The notes under the pieces were generated by a model. That model made no database searches and had not been told where the DNA came from. It saw only the letters and a list, made by a program, of their open reading frames with translations. A DNA stretch of 64,000 nt, from positions 2,816,001 to 2,880,000 of the forward strand of contig OY759353.1 in the NCBI GenBank assembly GCA_963662315.1, read 5' to 3'. The DNA is from Geopsychrobacteraceae bacterium (lineage in GTDB: Bacteria > Desulfobacterota > Desulfuromonadia > Desulfuromonadales > Geopsychrobacteraceae). The position numbers and the translations under genes were made by a program. Each line of letters starts with the position of its first letter. The first letter of the stretch is position 1. Positions 29,791 through 39,255 of the stretch are shown here, in pieces.

Positions 29791-30132
29791 CTTATCAGGC
29801 CCCCGGCCGTCAAGGGTAAAGAATAGCGTTAACGCAAAAGATTCACCTTTTCGTTCTTTGACAAGCGACTGATCTACTAAGCAGCCATCCGGTTTCTGAC
29901 TTGGGCTTTTGAACGGGCTGCAGTGACGATCCTGCTCCCAAACACTTATCGAGGCTCTTTACACAGGGCCCGGATCTTTGGTTGCATCCTATTGCCCTGT
30001 CACCTGGAAACACGTACGGACCCTGGTGCCGTTCCAGTCAAAAAGGCGGGCTTCATCTGTTGTGCTGATGATCCCAGTTAGTTACGGAATCGGGTCAGGG
30101 GCTTCAGCCGGCGCGGGCCTGCACTAGTATCA
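29791..30132 (-). mobile_element. non-autonomous 342-bp deletion derivative of the IS110 element in attC10
   Basis: Near-identical to 22934-23260 joined to the last ~20 bp of the element; both ends and the CA core are intact; attC ATATAAC (29783) resumes at 30133 and ends in GTTAAAA (30223-30229). Confidence 0.92.
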
Positions 30133-30233
30133 AACGCATTAACCGGAGGAGACGGAGCTAGGCGAAATTCGCAAGAGATCTACTAACCTGAAACGCATCA
30201 CCGCCACCGGTTATGCAAAGCCGTTAAAAATCC

Positions 30234-30986
30234 ATGGCGCGCAGTTCAGTTCTATGTAACTTAAACAAATGTAAATTATTAAGAGGGGAAAATATTTTGT
30301 ATTCGTATAAGCACTTTACTATAACGGTTATTGTACTACTTACCATTGTACTATCTGGCTGTTCAGTACACTCAAACAACTTTGAATTTCCAACATGCGA
30401 AGGCCAATCCTGCGGCATAACCGCAATAACAAAAATATTGCCCCCTCATTCTGAGAATGGGCAATATACTATCGATCTTGATCAATTCAGCTTTATCCTT
30501 CCATCACCACCATTACGGATTTACAGGCTCTTGGATGGAGATATTTATGTTTATTTTGAAAAAGGCTCTTCATTAAGTTTTAGCTTGGACACTCAAAAAT
30601 CTCTCGCAGAAGACACACCGTGGCCCGCCATAAGCAATTACTCCGTTGCCGACTCCGCTGAATTTATTTTCACAAAAACGGGAAACGACCTAGCTAACGT
30701 AACGGACAAAAATGACCTCTGGATCATGAAAAGAGCCTTGTTTTTAAAAGGTGAGCTTTTGCCCCCTCATGGCGAAATTTCATATTCAAGCAAAGCGGAC
30801 TTTTCATTGTATTACTGGAACGACACGAGCATGAGAAACGTTTGTTTTGCATACGTATTCAGTAAAAGCATACGTGATAAATACATCAGAATATCGTCAA
30901 ACAATATGTCATATGCTGCCTTTCAAAGCATTGTAGCGTCTATAAAAACAACAGATCATTTCAGGATTCGGAGGGGCGATAAATGA
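30234..30986 (+). CDS. cassette 11 gene A: putative lipoprotein
   Basis: Hydrophobic stretch ending in lipobox LSGC; the true start is probably downstream (TTG 30297). Confidence 0.7.
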   Translation: MARSSVLCNLNKCKLLRGENILYSYKHFTITVIVLLTIVLSGCSVHSNNFEFPTCEGQSCGITAITKILPPHSENGQYTIDLDQFSFILPSPPLRIYRLLDGDIYVYFEKGSSLSFSLDTQKSLAEDTPWPAISNYSVADSAEFIFTKTGNDLANVTDKNDLWIMKRALFLKGELLPPHGEISYSSKADFSLYYWNDTSMRNVCFAYVFSKSIRDKYIRISSNNMSYAAFQSIVASIKTTDHFRIRRGDK

Positions 30987-31312
30987 ATGAGCTAACAGAA
31001 AGTGAACAAAAAAACTTAAGAATAGTCCTTGTCCATATTTTTGGGAGCGAGGCGGCCGGCTGGCCAATGAATAAAAATACACTTAGAGCAACAGGTGAAA
31101 TGCTTGAAGGTTCTAGAAGATGCTCCGATGCCATGGATTATGTCCCACGCCCAGCGGGATATACGTCTGGAGTTTCATATTTAAGAAAGCAGCTCGAAGA
31201 TTTAGCACGGCGAGCAAGACGCCATGATCAAGTATACGAAGCATGTAAAAGAGGGGCTAAAATTCGATGGAAATCAACTATATACAATGCAGCAAATGGA
31301 CTTTATTACTAA
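30983..31312 (+). CDS. cassette 11 gene B: hypothetical protein
   Basis: GGAGG RBS; 4-nt overlap with the gene A stop. Confidence 0.75.
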   Translation: MNELTESEQKNLRIVLVHIFGSEAAGWPMNKNTLRATGEMLEGSRRCSDAMDYVPRPAGYTSGVSYLRKQLEDLARRARRHDQVYEACKRGAKIRWKSTIYNAANGLYY

Positions 31313-31340
31313 TTTTTAGAACATTAACGGGAAATTTTTA

Positions 31341-32529
31341 ATCGGGTAGCCGGGAGGACATAGCCCACGGACCGTTGCGGTTCTGGCCATTAGGCGTGCA
31401 TTGCGCCGTCGGCCGGCTGGTTAGATGCTGGATGCTTCATTGGAGAGACGACGTTCGCGTACGAACCCTTTAAAAAAGGGCGTTCTGTGCTTACTATTTG
31501 TCGCCCGCCTGGGACAAATAGTAAGGCGTCGTGCGGGGCGCAACACCGCGACCTTGCTTGTTTCATTTCAATCATAAAAGACAACACCGCCGGGTCCCGG
31601 CCCGGCAGCCGGATTCATTTTTTCCAGCGATGAAAAAACGAATCAAAAAAATCTTTTAAGATCAAGGTAACTGACGATAGCTGTGTTGGGCTACGGTTAA
31701 AGATTGCCAGGTGCAATTAACCGGCAGCCCACGCTGCTGTCGCAGCTAATGGGCAGAATCGAATTGAAGTGAATGCAGGAAAATGCCAGCGGCATTTTTG
31801 CGGTTCTGGCCATCAGGCGCGCATTGCGCCGTCGGCCGGCGGGTTAAATGCTGGGATGTTTCCTTGGAGAACCGACGCCCGAATCCGGACCCTTTAAAGA
31901 AGGGCGTTTTGTGCTTACTATTTGTCGCCCGCCTGGAACAAATAGTAAGGCGTCATGCGGGGCGCAACACCGCGACCTTGCTTGTTTCATTTCAATCATA
32001 AAAGACAACACCGCCGGGTCCCGGCCCGGCAGCCGGATTCATTTTTTCCAGCGATGAAAAAACGAATCAAAAAAATCTTTTAAGATCAAGGTAACTGACG
32101 ATAGCTGTGTTGGGTTACGGTTAAAGGTTGCTGGGTGCAATTAACCGGCAGCCCACGCTGCTGTCGCAGCTAATGGGCAAGGGCGTCAGTTGGTGCGAAA
32201 TGCTGTGGGATTATCGGTATTCGTTTTTAAATCCATTATCCATCAATAATGCGGTTCTGGCCATCAGGCACGCATTGCGCCGTCGGCCGGCTGGTTAGAG
32301 GCTGGATATTCCCTTGGAGAACCGACGCCCGAGTACGGACCCTTTAAAAAAGGGCGTTTTGTGCTTACTATTTGTCGCCCGCCTGGGACAAATAGTAAGG
32401 CGTCGTGCGGGGCGCAACACCGCGACCTTGCTTGTTTCATTTATATACTGTTTCTGTTCGTCGGCTCACAGCTTTGCACTCGGGCTTCCTCCAGACCTCT
32501 CCTCACGGAGACGCCCGTGCCGGGCGTAC
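31341..32529 (-). mobile_element. degenerate group II intron in attC11; both termini retained, body replaced by repeat units
   Basis: TTTTA|ATCGGGTAGCCGG at left and ...CGGGCGTAC|ACCAGACAATC at right; 32441-32529 matches the intron 5' region. Confidence 0.8.
31377..32441 (+). repeat. tandem structured repeat units starting at 31377, 31800 and 32251 (last truncated)
   Basis: Near-identical ~380-bp cores separated by different ~44-nt and ~71-nt linkers. Confidence 0.9.
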
Positions 32530-32647
32530 ACCAGACAATCAACCGCATGGAACAAGGCTAGAAGAAATTCGCAATGATTCTGGTAAATTGAAACGTATGA
32601 CCGCCACCGGTTATCAAGAACCTTTGAGCACCAAAGGAAATATCATC

Positions 32648-33601
32648 ATGAACAACCACTATCGGAAACCGGTACTCCGTATTGTCACGTTTTTCCTCCT
32701 ATACCTCTTTTTTTCCGCCGTGCTTCAGGCCTGGGCACAGACAGATGAAGGGACAGAGCCACGATGGAAGCGTCTCAAACAGATTTGGGAAACACAACGG
32801 GAAAATAAGGAATCCGTAGTTAGCGAGGAATCATTGGGCGCAATGACGGCGAACATTCGCGATGGTGTGTTCGGTGGGCGCGAAATGTTGGTATATGTTC
32901 CCCGTTCCTTACCGGTAGCGGGACGGCGCTCATTGCTGGTGGCACTGCATGGCGGTGGCGGCAATGCGCGTTTCATGCTGGATCACCTGAAAATTGATGG
33001 GGTAGCAGAGAAGAACGGCTTCATTGTCGCCTATCTCAACGGCTCAGCGGCAACCCGCATCGGCGGCAATAGATTAAAGGCCTGGAACGCTGGTGGTGGC
33101 TGCTGTGGTGAGCCTTATAGTGACAAGGTGAATGATGTCAGCTACATCACAGGTGCCGTACGATATTTGCAGCAGAAATATGGTGTTTCACCAGAGCGCA
33201 CTTTTGGTGTTGGCCACTCCAACGGTGCCATGATGATGCAAACCATGTCTTGCATTACCGATTTATTCAAGAAGGTTGCCACGCTGGCTGGTACGCTGAT
33301 GGCCGAAGTGTCCTCCTGTCCAGCGGCAGTAAACCATACGATTTACAATTACCACGGCGCATTGGACGTAAACGTACCGATAGTCGGAGGCTTCGGATCC
33401 AAGGGCGTAACCAATATCAATTTCACCTCTCAGGCCAAGGCCAAGGCGCTTTTTGAAAGCGCAGGTGGCCGTTATCTTCTACACGTGCTTCCTGGCGCCG
33501 ACCACTCCATAGAGCATCTGAGCCTGTCATCACAGAAACAGGATGGCCTCACCATAGGTGAACGTCTGGCACGCGACCTTGGCCTGGTACCAGTAAATTG
33601 A
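32648..33601 (+). CDS. cassette 12: secreted alpha/beta hydrolase (PHB depolymerase/LpqC-like esterase)
   Basis: LHGGGG, WNAGGGCCG, GHSNG nucleophile elbow and YHGALD motifs; signal peptide. Confidence 0.85.
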   Translation: MNNHYRKPVLRIVTFFLLYLFFSAVLQAWAQTDEGTEPRWKRLKQIWETQRENKESVVSEESLGAMTANIRDGVFGGREMLVYVPRSLPVAGRRSLLVALHGGGGNARFMLDHLKIDGVAEKNGFIVAYLNGSAATRIGGNRLKAWNAGGGCCGEPYSDKVNDVSYITGAVRYLQQKYGVSPERTFGVGHSNGAMMMQTMSCITDLFKKVATLAGTLMAEVSSCPAAVNHTIYNYHGALDVNVPIVGGFGSKGVTNINFTSQAKAKALFESAGGRYLLHVLPGADHSIEHLSLSSQKQDGLTIGERLARDLGLVPVN

Positions 33602-33673
33602 GCGGGATATTGTTCCTTGCAGATTCATGCTTGCTTCTGTTGGTCGAAGAGCTCTCACAACACTTATCACGAC

Positions 33674-33938
33674 TCTGTCACTGCACAACCGCAGCATTTA
33701 CCAAGGTATCGTGAATCCGTGGGACTTCGTCATGGTGTGCTGACTTGCCCGGATACCCGGCCTTATATACTGTTTCTGTTCGTCGGCTCACAGTTTTGCA
33801 CTCGGGCTTCCTCCAGACCTCTCCTCACGGAGACGCCCTTGCCGTCGGCTAGTACTTTAATGACATCACACATGTGTGATGCTAGGATTCTACGTACAGG
33901 GGACTTTCACCCCATAAGATCACGCCCATGCCGGGCGT
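33674..33938 (-). mobile_element. 5' fragment (domain I) of a second group II intron copy
   Basis: Near-identical to 35575-35838. Confidence 0.9.
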
Positions 33939-35840
33939 ATCGGGTAGCCGGAGGTTTTGCTCCCCCAGCCCCCACACCACCCGGCATGCGGGTCCGCACC
34001 GGGCGGTTCGATGAAACTACCGGGCCGTAGCCGGGTAATGTCGCTTCACCCACAGGTCTTTGACAGAAACTAAACCCTGATCCTTCAGCCATTGGTTGGT
34101 CATGCCGGAATGTGCCGCCAGCCGGCGGGACATAGCCCACGGACCGTTGCGGTTCAGACCGGCCCGAATAGCGGTAAACCGTTCGGTTCCAAGAGCAAGC
34201 AGCTTCCGAACCTTGGTCCGGCACCAGCGCCATTGTTTCCAGTAGCACAACCGTACTCGCCGACGAATCCAGCCGTCGACCTCCGGGATATCGTGGTAAG
34301 CCTCGGCGATGCCGAAGTACCCCATCCAGCCCCGGATATAGGTGGACAGCTTGGCGAGACGATAGTCCATGGCAACGAACCAGCTGCGTCCGGTGTAGCG
34401 TTTGACGCGACGACGAAATTCCTTGTACGCCTTGTCACTCCAGACAATTTTGGATCCCTTGAAGGCAAAACCAAGAAAGCTGATGGCATCGCTGTGAGCG
34501 ACTTTGCTCTTGGCTTCGTTGACCGTCAGCTTGAGACGGGAGCTCAGATACCTTCTGATACTCCCCATGACCCGCTGCCCGGCCCGCTGACTTTTCACCA
34601 GAATGATGAAGTCATCGGCGTAACGGACAAAACGGTGACCACGCTTCTCAAGCTCTTTGTCCAGATTGTCGAGAAGGATATTGGCCAGCAGCGGAGACAG
34701 CGGACCACCTTGGGGAACTCCCCTTCGTGTCGCTGCTCTTCTGCCATCACTCTCGACCCCGGCACGCAGGTAGCTGCCAATCAGGGCGAAAACCCGCTTG
34801 TCGTGAATCTTTCTTCCCACCATGGTCATGAGCAGGTCATGGTTGACCGTATCAAAGAAGGAGGAAAGATCGACATCCACGGCAATGCGGTACCCTTGAC
34901 GCAGAGACCTTTGCACCTGCCGCACGGCCTGATGGGCCGAGCGACCGGGGCGGAAACCGAAGCTCGATTCCGAAAATTCAGGATCGAAGATCGGCGTCAG
35001 AACCTGGGCCATGGCTTGCTGGATCAGCCGGTCAAGAACGGTGGGAATCCCCAGCGGACGGGTTCCGCCCGTTGGTTTCGGGATCTCCACCCGCAGAACC
35101 GGCTTGGGTTGATAAGTTCCTGCCATAAGCGATGCTCGGATATTTGACCACAGAGGCCGGAACCGGTCCGGAAACGTCTCGATGGTGGTCCCATCGACAC
35201 CGGGAGCGCCCTTGTTGCTGCGCACCCGTTTCCAGGCCGATTGCAGATTCTCAGAGGAGAACATCCGTTCCAGAAGGTGTTGCTCGAAAGGAAGTTGATC
35301 CACAACGCGCTGCCCGGGCATTCCCCCGGTCGGGTTCGATATGTCGGACAAGCTCATGGGACTCCGTTTTCTTTCATCGTTCGGCCCTTCGGTGGGGTAA
35401 GGCGTCCGGGGTTCCCCCGGCTTGTTTCCAGTTGCCGGACCGCTTGGCGGCAACGTCCTGCACCTACTATGGCCTCTGCTGACTCCTGCCTCATCACGGC
35501 AGCCGTTACCAGATGTCGCGCCGGAACAAAAGAAACCGGCAAGCGAGACAGGTCTCCCCGGATAAGAACGTGATCTGTCACTGTACAACCGCAGCATTTA
35601 CCAAGGTATCGTGAATCCGTGGGACTTCGTCATGGTGTGCTGACTTGCCCGGATACCCGGCCTTATATACTGTTTCTGTCCGTCGGCTCACAGCTTTGCA
35701 CTCGGGCTTCCTCCAGACCTCTCCTCACGGAGACGCCCTTGCCGTCGGCTAGTACTTTAATGACATCACACACATGTGATGCTAGGATTCTACGTACAGG
35801 GGACTTTCACCCCATAAGATCACGCCCATGACGGGCGTAC
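33939..35840 (-). mobile_element. full-length class C (attC-targeting) group II intron
   Basis: Minus strand starts GTACGCCCGTCATGGGCG; domain V GAACCGCCCGGTGCGGACCCGCATGCCGGGTGGTGT; ends ACCCGAT; adjacent to an attC half (35843-35909). Confidence 0.93.
34017..35357 (-). CDS. ltrA: group II intron reverse transcriptase/maturase (no endonuclease domain)
   Basis: NKGAPGVDG, RPLGIPTVLDR, GVPQGGPLSPLLAN, RYADD and an X domain; likely start MSLSDI. Confidence 0.95.
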   Translation of the reverse strand: MSLSDISNPTGGMPGQRVVDQLPFEQHLLERMFSSENLQSAWKRVRSNKGAPGVDGTTIETFPDRFRPLWSNIRASLMAGTYQPKPVLRVEIPKPTGGTRPLGIPTVLDRLIQQAMAQVLTPIFDPEFSESSFGFRPGRSAHQAVRQVQRSLRQGYRIAVDVDLSSFFDTVNHDLLMTMVGRKIHDKRVFALIGSYLRAGVESDGRRAATRRGVPQGGPLSPLLANILLDNLDKELEKRGHRFVRYADDFIILVKSQRAGQRVMGSIRRYLSSRLKLTVNEAKSKVAHSDAISFLGFAFKGSKIVWSDKAYKEFRRRVKRYTGRSWFVAMDYRLAKLSTYIRGWMGYFGIAEAYHDIPEVDGWIRRRVRLCYWKQWRWCRTKVRKLLALGTERFTAIRAGLNRNGPWAMSRRLAAHSGMTNQWLKDQGLVSVKDLWVKRHYPATAR

Positions 35841-35842
35841 AC

Positions 35843-35909
35843 ACAAGGCGCTGCTGTCGGACAAATTTTCCGCAGCGCTCCAAATTTGCCGCAGAGCGCG
35901 ACGTTATGC
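35843..35909 (+). other. attC site (right part, after intron insertion)
   Basis: ACAAGGCGCTG ... GTTATGC. Confidence 0.8.
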
Positions 35910-35927
35910 ATACAAAGGGATAGATAG

Positions 35928-36323
35928 ATGGGAATACTTTGGACTGTTTATCCGATAACTGAAGAAATGAAGGAATACTTGGAATCCGAAGGCGTAGAGT
36001 ATCCTGAGGTGTCGTCAACGTTCCCAAATGATGCGCAAATTAAACAGGCATTAAATGAGCTTGAGGGGGTTAATATAGAAATATCAAGCTCAGACCCAAG
36101 TAAGGGCTGGGGTGCATTCATTTCATCTACAAGCGCACCGGAACAAATTTGGGCTAATTTACAAGTTGATATTCTAGAAGATGATAAGTCACTTAGAAGT
36201 ATTTGGTTTGAAAAAGGTGATGAGAACTTAATAATTGCTTTCCTAAAGAAATTAAGTAAAACATGTGGGCCACAATCCTTAATGGCTGATGCCGGTGGTC
36301 CTCCACAGGTAATCAATGCATAA
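35928..36323 (+). CDS. cassette 13: hypothetical protein
   Basis: Fills the GTTATGC..GCATAAC span. Confidence 0.8.
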   Translation: MGILWTVYPITEEMKEYLESEGVEYPEVSSTFPNDAQIKQALNELEGVNIEISSSDPSKGWGAFISSTSAPEQIWANLQVDILEDDKSLRSIWFEKGDENLIIAFLKKLSKTCGPQSLMADAGGPPQVINA

Positions 36324-36389
36324 CAAGGCGCTCGTTCGGATGCAAACTACGCTGCGCTTCGTTTGCACCGCACAGCTTGGTCGTTAGCG
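36318..36389 (+). other. attC site
   Basis: GCATAAC ... GTTAGCG. Confidence 0.85.
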
Positions 36390-36391
36390 CT

Positions 36392-36787
36392 ATGGAAGAA
36401 TTCGAAATAACAACTGACACGTCAACTATTGCGATCTTCGATTTAGAAGCTCTAAGGCATCGAATTGATTCAGATGGAGACTGGTGGACTTATGAAGGCT
36501 TTCCAGAATTAAAAGAAGAATTAGGGAACAATAATTTAGTCCTAATAAACACCGGAGATGATGGAACGTTTTCTGTAAAAGTAGATAAAATTAATAATCA
36601 ATCTAGTTATGTTCCACTTAATTGTCCTGCTGGTCGTATATATATTGTTTGCGGCGAAGAAATACCAGGTGAAGGGTTAGTGCCGGAACTATTGCGCGGT
36701 GGAAGAATAATCGAAACTGGTTCAAAGAAGGTTAATATTGGTTATGCACAAGAAGGTAGATGCATTGCAATTGAAGTTAAGCGCTAA
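36392..36787 (+). CDS. cassette 14: hypothetical protein (DUF6386-like)
   Basis: 'TDTSTIAIFDLEALRHRIDSDGDWW' N-terminus; family assigned from memory. Confidence 0.65.
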   Translation: MEEFEITTDTSTIAIFDLEALRHRIDSDGDWWTYEGFPELKEELGNNNLVLINTGDDGTFSVKVDKINNQSSYVPLNCPAGRIYIVCGEEIPGEGLVPELLRGGRIIETGSKKVNIGYAQEGRCIAIEVKR

Positions 36788-37140
36788 TCGGGTAGCCGGG
36801 GGTTTTGCTCCCCCAGCCCCCACACCACCCGGCATGCGGGTCGCTACCCAAGCGGTTCGATGAAACTACCGGGCCGTAGCCGGGTCATGTCGCTTCACCC
36901 ACAGGTCTTTGACAGAAACTAAACCCTGATCCTTCAGCCATTGGTTGGTCATGCCGGAATGTGCCGCCAGTCTGCGGGACATGGCCCATGGACCGTTGCG
37001 GGTCAGACCGGCCCGAATGGCGGTGTACCGTTCGGTGCCAAGAGCAAGCAGCTTCCGAACCTTGGTCCGGCACCAGCGCCATTGTTTCCAGTAGCAGAGT
37101 CGTACCCGTCGACGAATCCAGCCATCGACCTCCGGGATAT
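36787..37140 (-). mobile_element. 3' fragment of a group II intron (RT C-terminus, DV, DVI) inserted at R'' CGCTA|
   Basis: Diverged copy of 33939-34290. Confidence 0.9.
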
Positions 37141-37157
37141 TGTGGTAAAGCATTTTT

Positions 37158-37930
37158 ACGGTTCTGGCCATCAGGCGCGCATTGCGCCGTCGGCCGGCTG
37201 GTTAAATGCTGGGATGTTTCCTTGGAGAGACGAAGCCCGAGTGCGGACCCTTTAAAGAAGGGCGTTTTGTGCTTACTATTTGTCGCCCGCCTGGAACAAA
37301 TAGTAAGGCGTCATGCGGGGCGCAACACCGCGACCTTGCTTGTTTCATTTCAATTATAAAAGACAACACCGCCGGGTCCCGGCCCGGCAGCCGGATTCAT
37401 TTTTTCCAGCGATGAAAAAACGAATCAAAAAAATCTTTGAAGGTCAAACACACTGACGATAGCTGTGTTGAGCTACGGTTAAAGATTGCCAGGTGCAATT
37501 AACCGGCAGCCCACGCTGCTGTCGCAGCTAATGGGCAAGGGCGTCAGTTGGTGCGAAATGCCGTGGGATGATCGGTATTCGTTTTTAAACCCATTATCCA
37601 TCAATAATGCGGTTCTGGCCATTAGGCGCGCATTGCGCCGTCGGCCGGCTGGTTAGATGCTGGATATTCCCTTGGAGAACCGATGCCCGAGTACGGACCC
37701 TTTAAAAAAGGGCGTTTTGTGCTTACTATTTGTCGCCCGCTTGGGACAAATAGTAAGGCGTCGTGCGGGGCGCAACACCGCGACCTTGCTTGTTTCATTT
37801 CAATCATAAAAAACAACACCACCGGATCCCGACCCGGCAGCCGGATTCATTTTCTCCAGCGATGAAAAAACGAAGCAAAAAAATCTTTGAAGGTCAAACA
37901 CACTGACGATAATTGATTCGGTCTACGCTT
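37158..37930 (+). repeat. tandem structured repeat units starting at 37158 and 37609
   Basis: Same family as 31377-32441; the linker resembles 32180-32250. Confidence 0.9.
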
Positions 37931-38037
37931 TATTGAAACGAAAAAATCGATCAGAGGGGAAATATGAACGCTACTTTTAATTGCCTTCCTCTCCGGGAGG
38001 TTTTCCTACACTCTCGTTAGACATCAAGGACTGATCT

Positions 38038-38475
38038 ATGCGCGGTAAATGTCTCTGCGGCCAAATCGAATTCGAGATCATTGGCACGGTTCCAAAACTG
38101 TACCAATGCCATTGCTCCCTTTGCCGAAGGCAAAGCGGGTCGTCGTCAAACACGGCGACCATTGTGGGAAATGAATATTTCCATTGGCTTGCTGGACAGG
38201 AGTATATTTCTTCTTGGGTTAAGGCTACAGGGTTTCGTTCCGACTTTTGTTCCAAGTGCGGCTCCCCTGTACCAAACCCTCTTCGAGCCACTCCCTATTT
38301 CTGGGTTCCTGCCGGCCTGCTTGATGGTGAATTCAAGACAGAAATTGCAGCTCATCTATGCGTCGGATCAAAGGCATCGTGGGACATCATTTCGTCGAAA
38401 GGAGCTCAATATGAATCAATACCAGAAGATCTATCACTATTCATTGAGTATCTGCACTCCAACGCCGATGCCTAA
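38038..38475 (+). CDS. cassette 15: GFA/CENP-V family protein
   Basis: GKCLCG, CHCSLCRR and FCSKCGS motifs; preceded by GTTAGAC (38016) and followed by a short attC-like GCCTAAC..GTTAGGC (38470-38523). Confidence 0.9.
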   Translation: MRGKCLCGQIEFEIIGTVPKLYQCHCSLCRRQSGSSSNTATIVGNEYFHWLAGQEYISSWVKATGFRSDFCSKCGSPVPNPLRATPYFWVPAGLLDGEFKTEIAAHLCVGSKASWDIISSKGAQYESIPEDLSLFIEYLHSNADA

Positions 38476-38688
38476 CCCTGCGTTCGGGGCGACCCGCGCA
38501 GGAGCTTCAACTTCACGTTAGGCCTCAGAAGCAGCAAGCAGAAAAGCGCTCGTAAAATCATACTCTGGTGAAATCCTGAATCAGGACATGGAACGGCTGA
38601 AAAAACAGCCCTAATTTTAAAATTCAATCTCGAACTGTAGAAAAACTGGAAATTTGGATTTTTCTACAGACTTGTTGAGTGACATATA

Positions 38689-39192
38689 ATGAATTCAATA
38701 CAGAAGTATAGTGAATTGGATATCTATCTAAAAGATACCAACCATTTTGACGTAAAAATAATTGATGGCAACTCAAGTTTGAGAAGTTTTATTTCAGGAA
38801 TGCTCTCATACTATCCTTGGTGGTTGTCAGCTCTGTATAGAATCAGAGGGATTATCGTTAGCCTTCTTGGATTAAAAAAGCATGAAACCCCAGATTTTTT
38901 GCCAAAAATAAAGCCAGAAAATCTTGCCTTTGAATCAGGGAAAAATGCGTCTTTTTTTATAGTCCAATGTGCCAAGGAAGACATCTATTGGGTTGCTGAA
39001 ACACCAGACGACAAACATTTAAAGGCATACTTTGGTGTTGTAGCTGAAAAACTGGATAAAAATCTTACAAGATTTCATGTTTTTACATCAGTCAAGTATA
39101 TACACTGGACTGGACCCGTGTACTTCAATTTGATTCGTCCTTTTCATCACTTTGTTGTATCGAGGATAATGAAAGCTGGAATTGATCAATAA
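38689..39192 (+). CDS. DUF2867-like protein
   Basis: 'DKHL' and 'YFNLIRPFHHFVV' motifs. Confidence 0.7.
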   Translation: MNSIQKYSELDIYLKDTNHFDVKIIDGNSSLRSFISGMLSYYPWWLSALYRIRGIIVSLLGLKKHETPDFLPKIKPENLAFESGKNASFFIVQCAKEDIYWVAETPDDKHLKAYFGVVAEKLDKNLTRFHVFTSVKYIHWTGPVYFNLIRPFHHFVVSRIMKAGIDQ

Positions 39193-39195
39193 CGA

Positions 39196-39255
39196 CGGGC
39201 TTCATCTGTTGAACCGGTGATCCACTATCTACCAAGGAGTCCTGCACGAGTATCA
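39196..39255 (-). mobile_element. remnant of a related IS110 element (non-coding fragment plus one end) in a degenerate attC
   Basis: CGGGCTTCATCTGTTG + ...CTATCTACCAAGGAGTCCTGCACGAGTATCA, followed by an attC-like segment ending ATTAGCC (39346-39352). Confidence 0.7.

Noticed and set aside
31377..32441. CRISPR array interpretation of the repeat/linker structure
   Set aside because: Repeats are ~380 bp rather than 23-50 bp, one linker recurs, and no cas genes are in the window.
34017..35597. RT as a retron, DGR or defence RT; 526-aa length
   Set aside because: It has an X domain, DV/DVI and intron termini, so it is a group II intron. The N-terminal ~80 aa of the long ORF lie in ribozyme sequence.
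31390..37865. Repeated small ORFs (MLGCFLGE..., ...KKGVLCLLFVARL...)
   Set aside because: They are translations of the non-coding repeat, with starts and frames that vary among copies.
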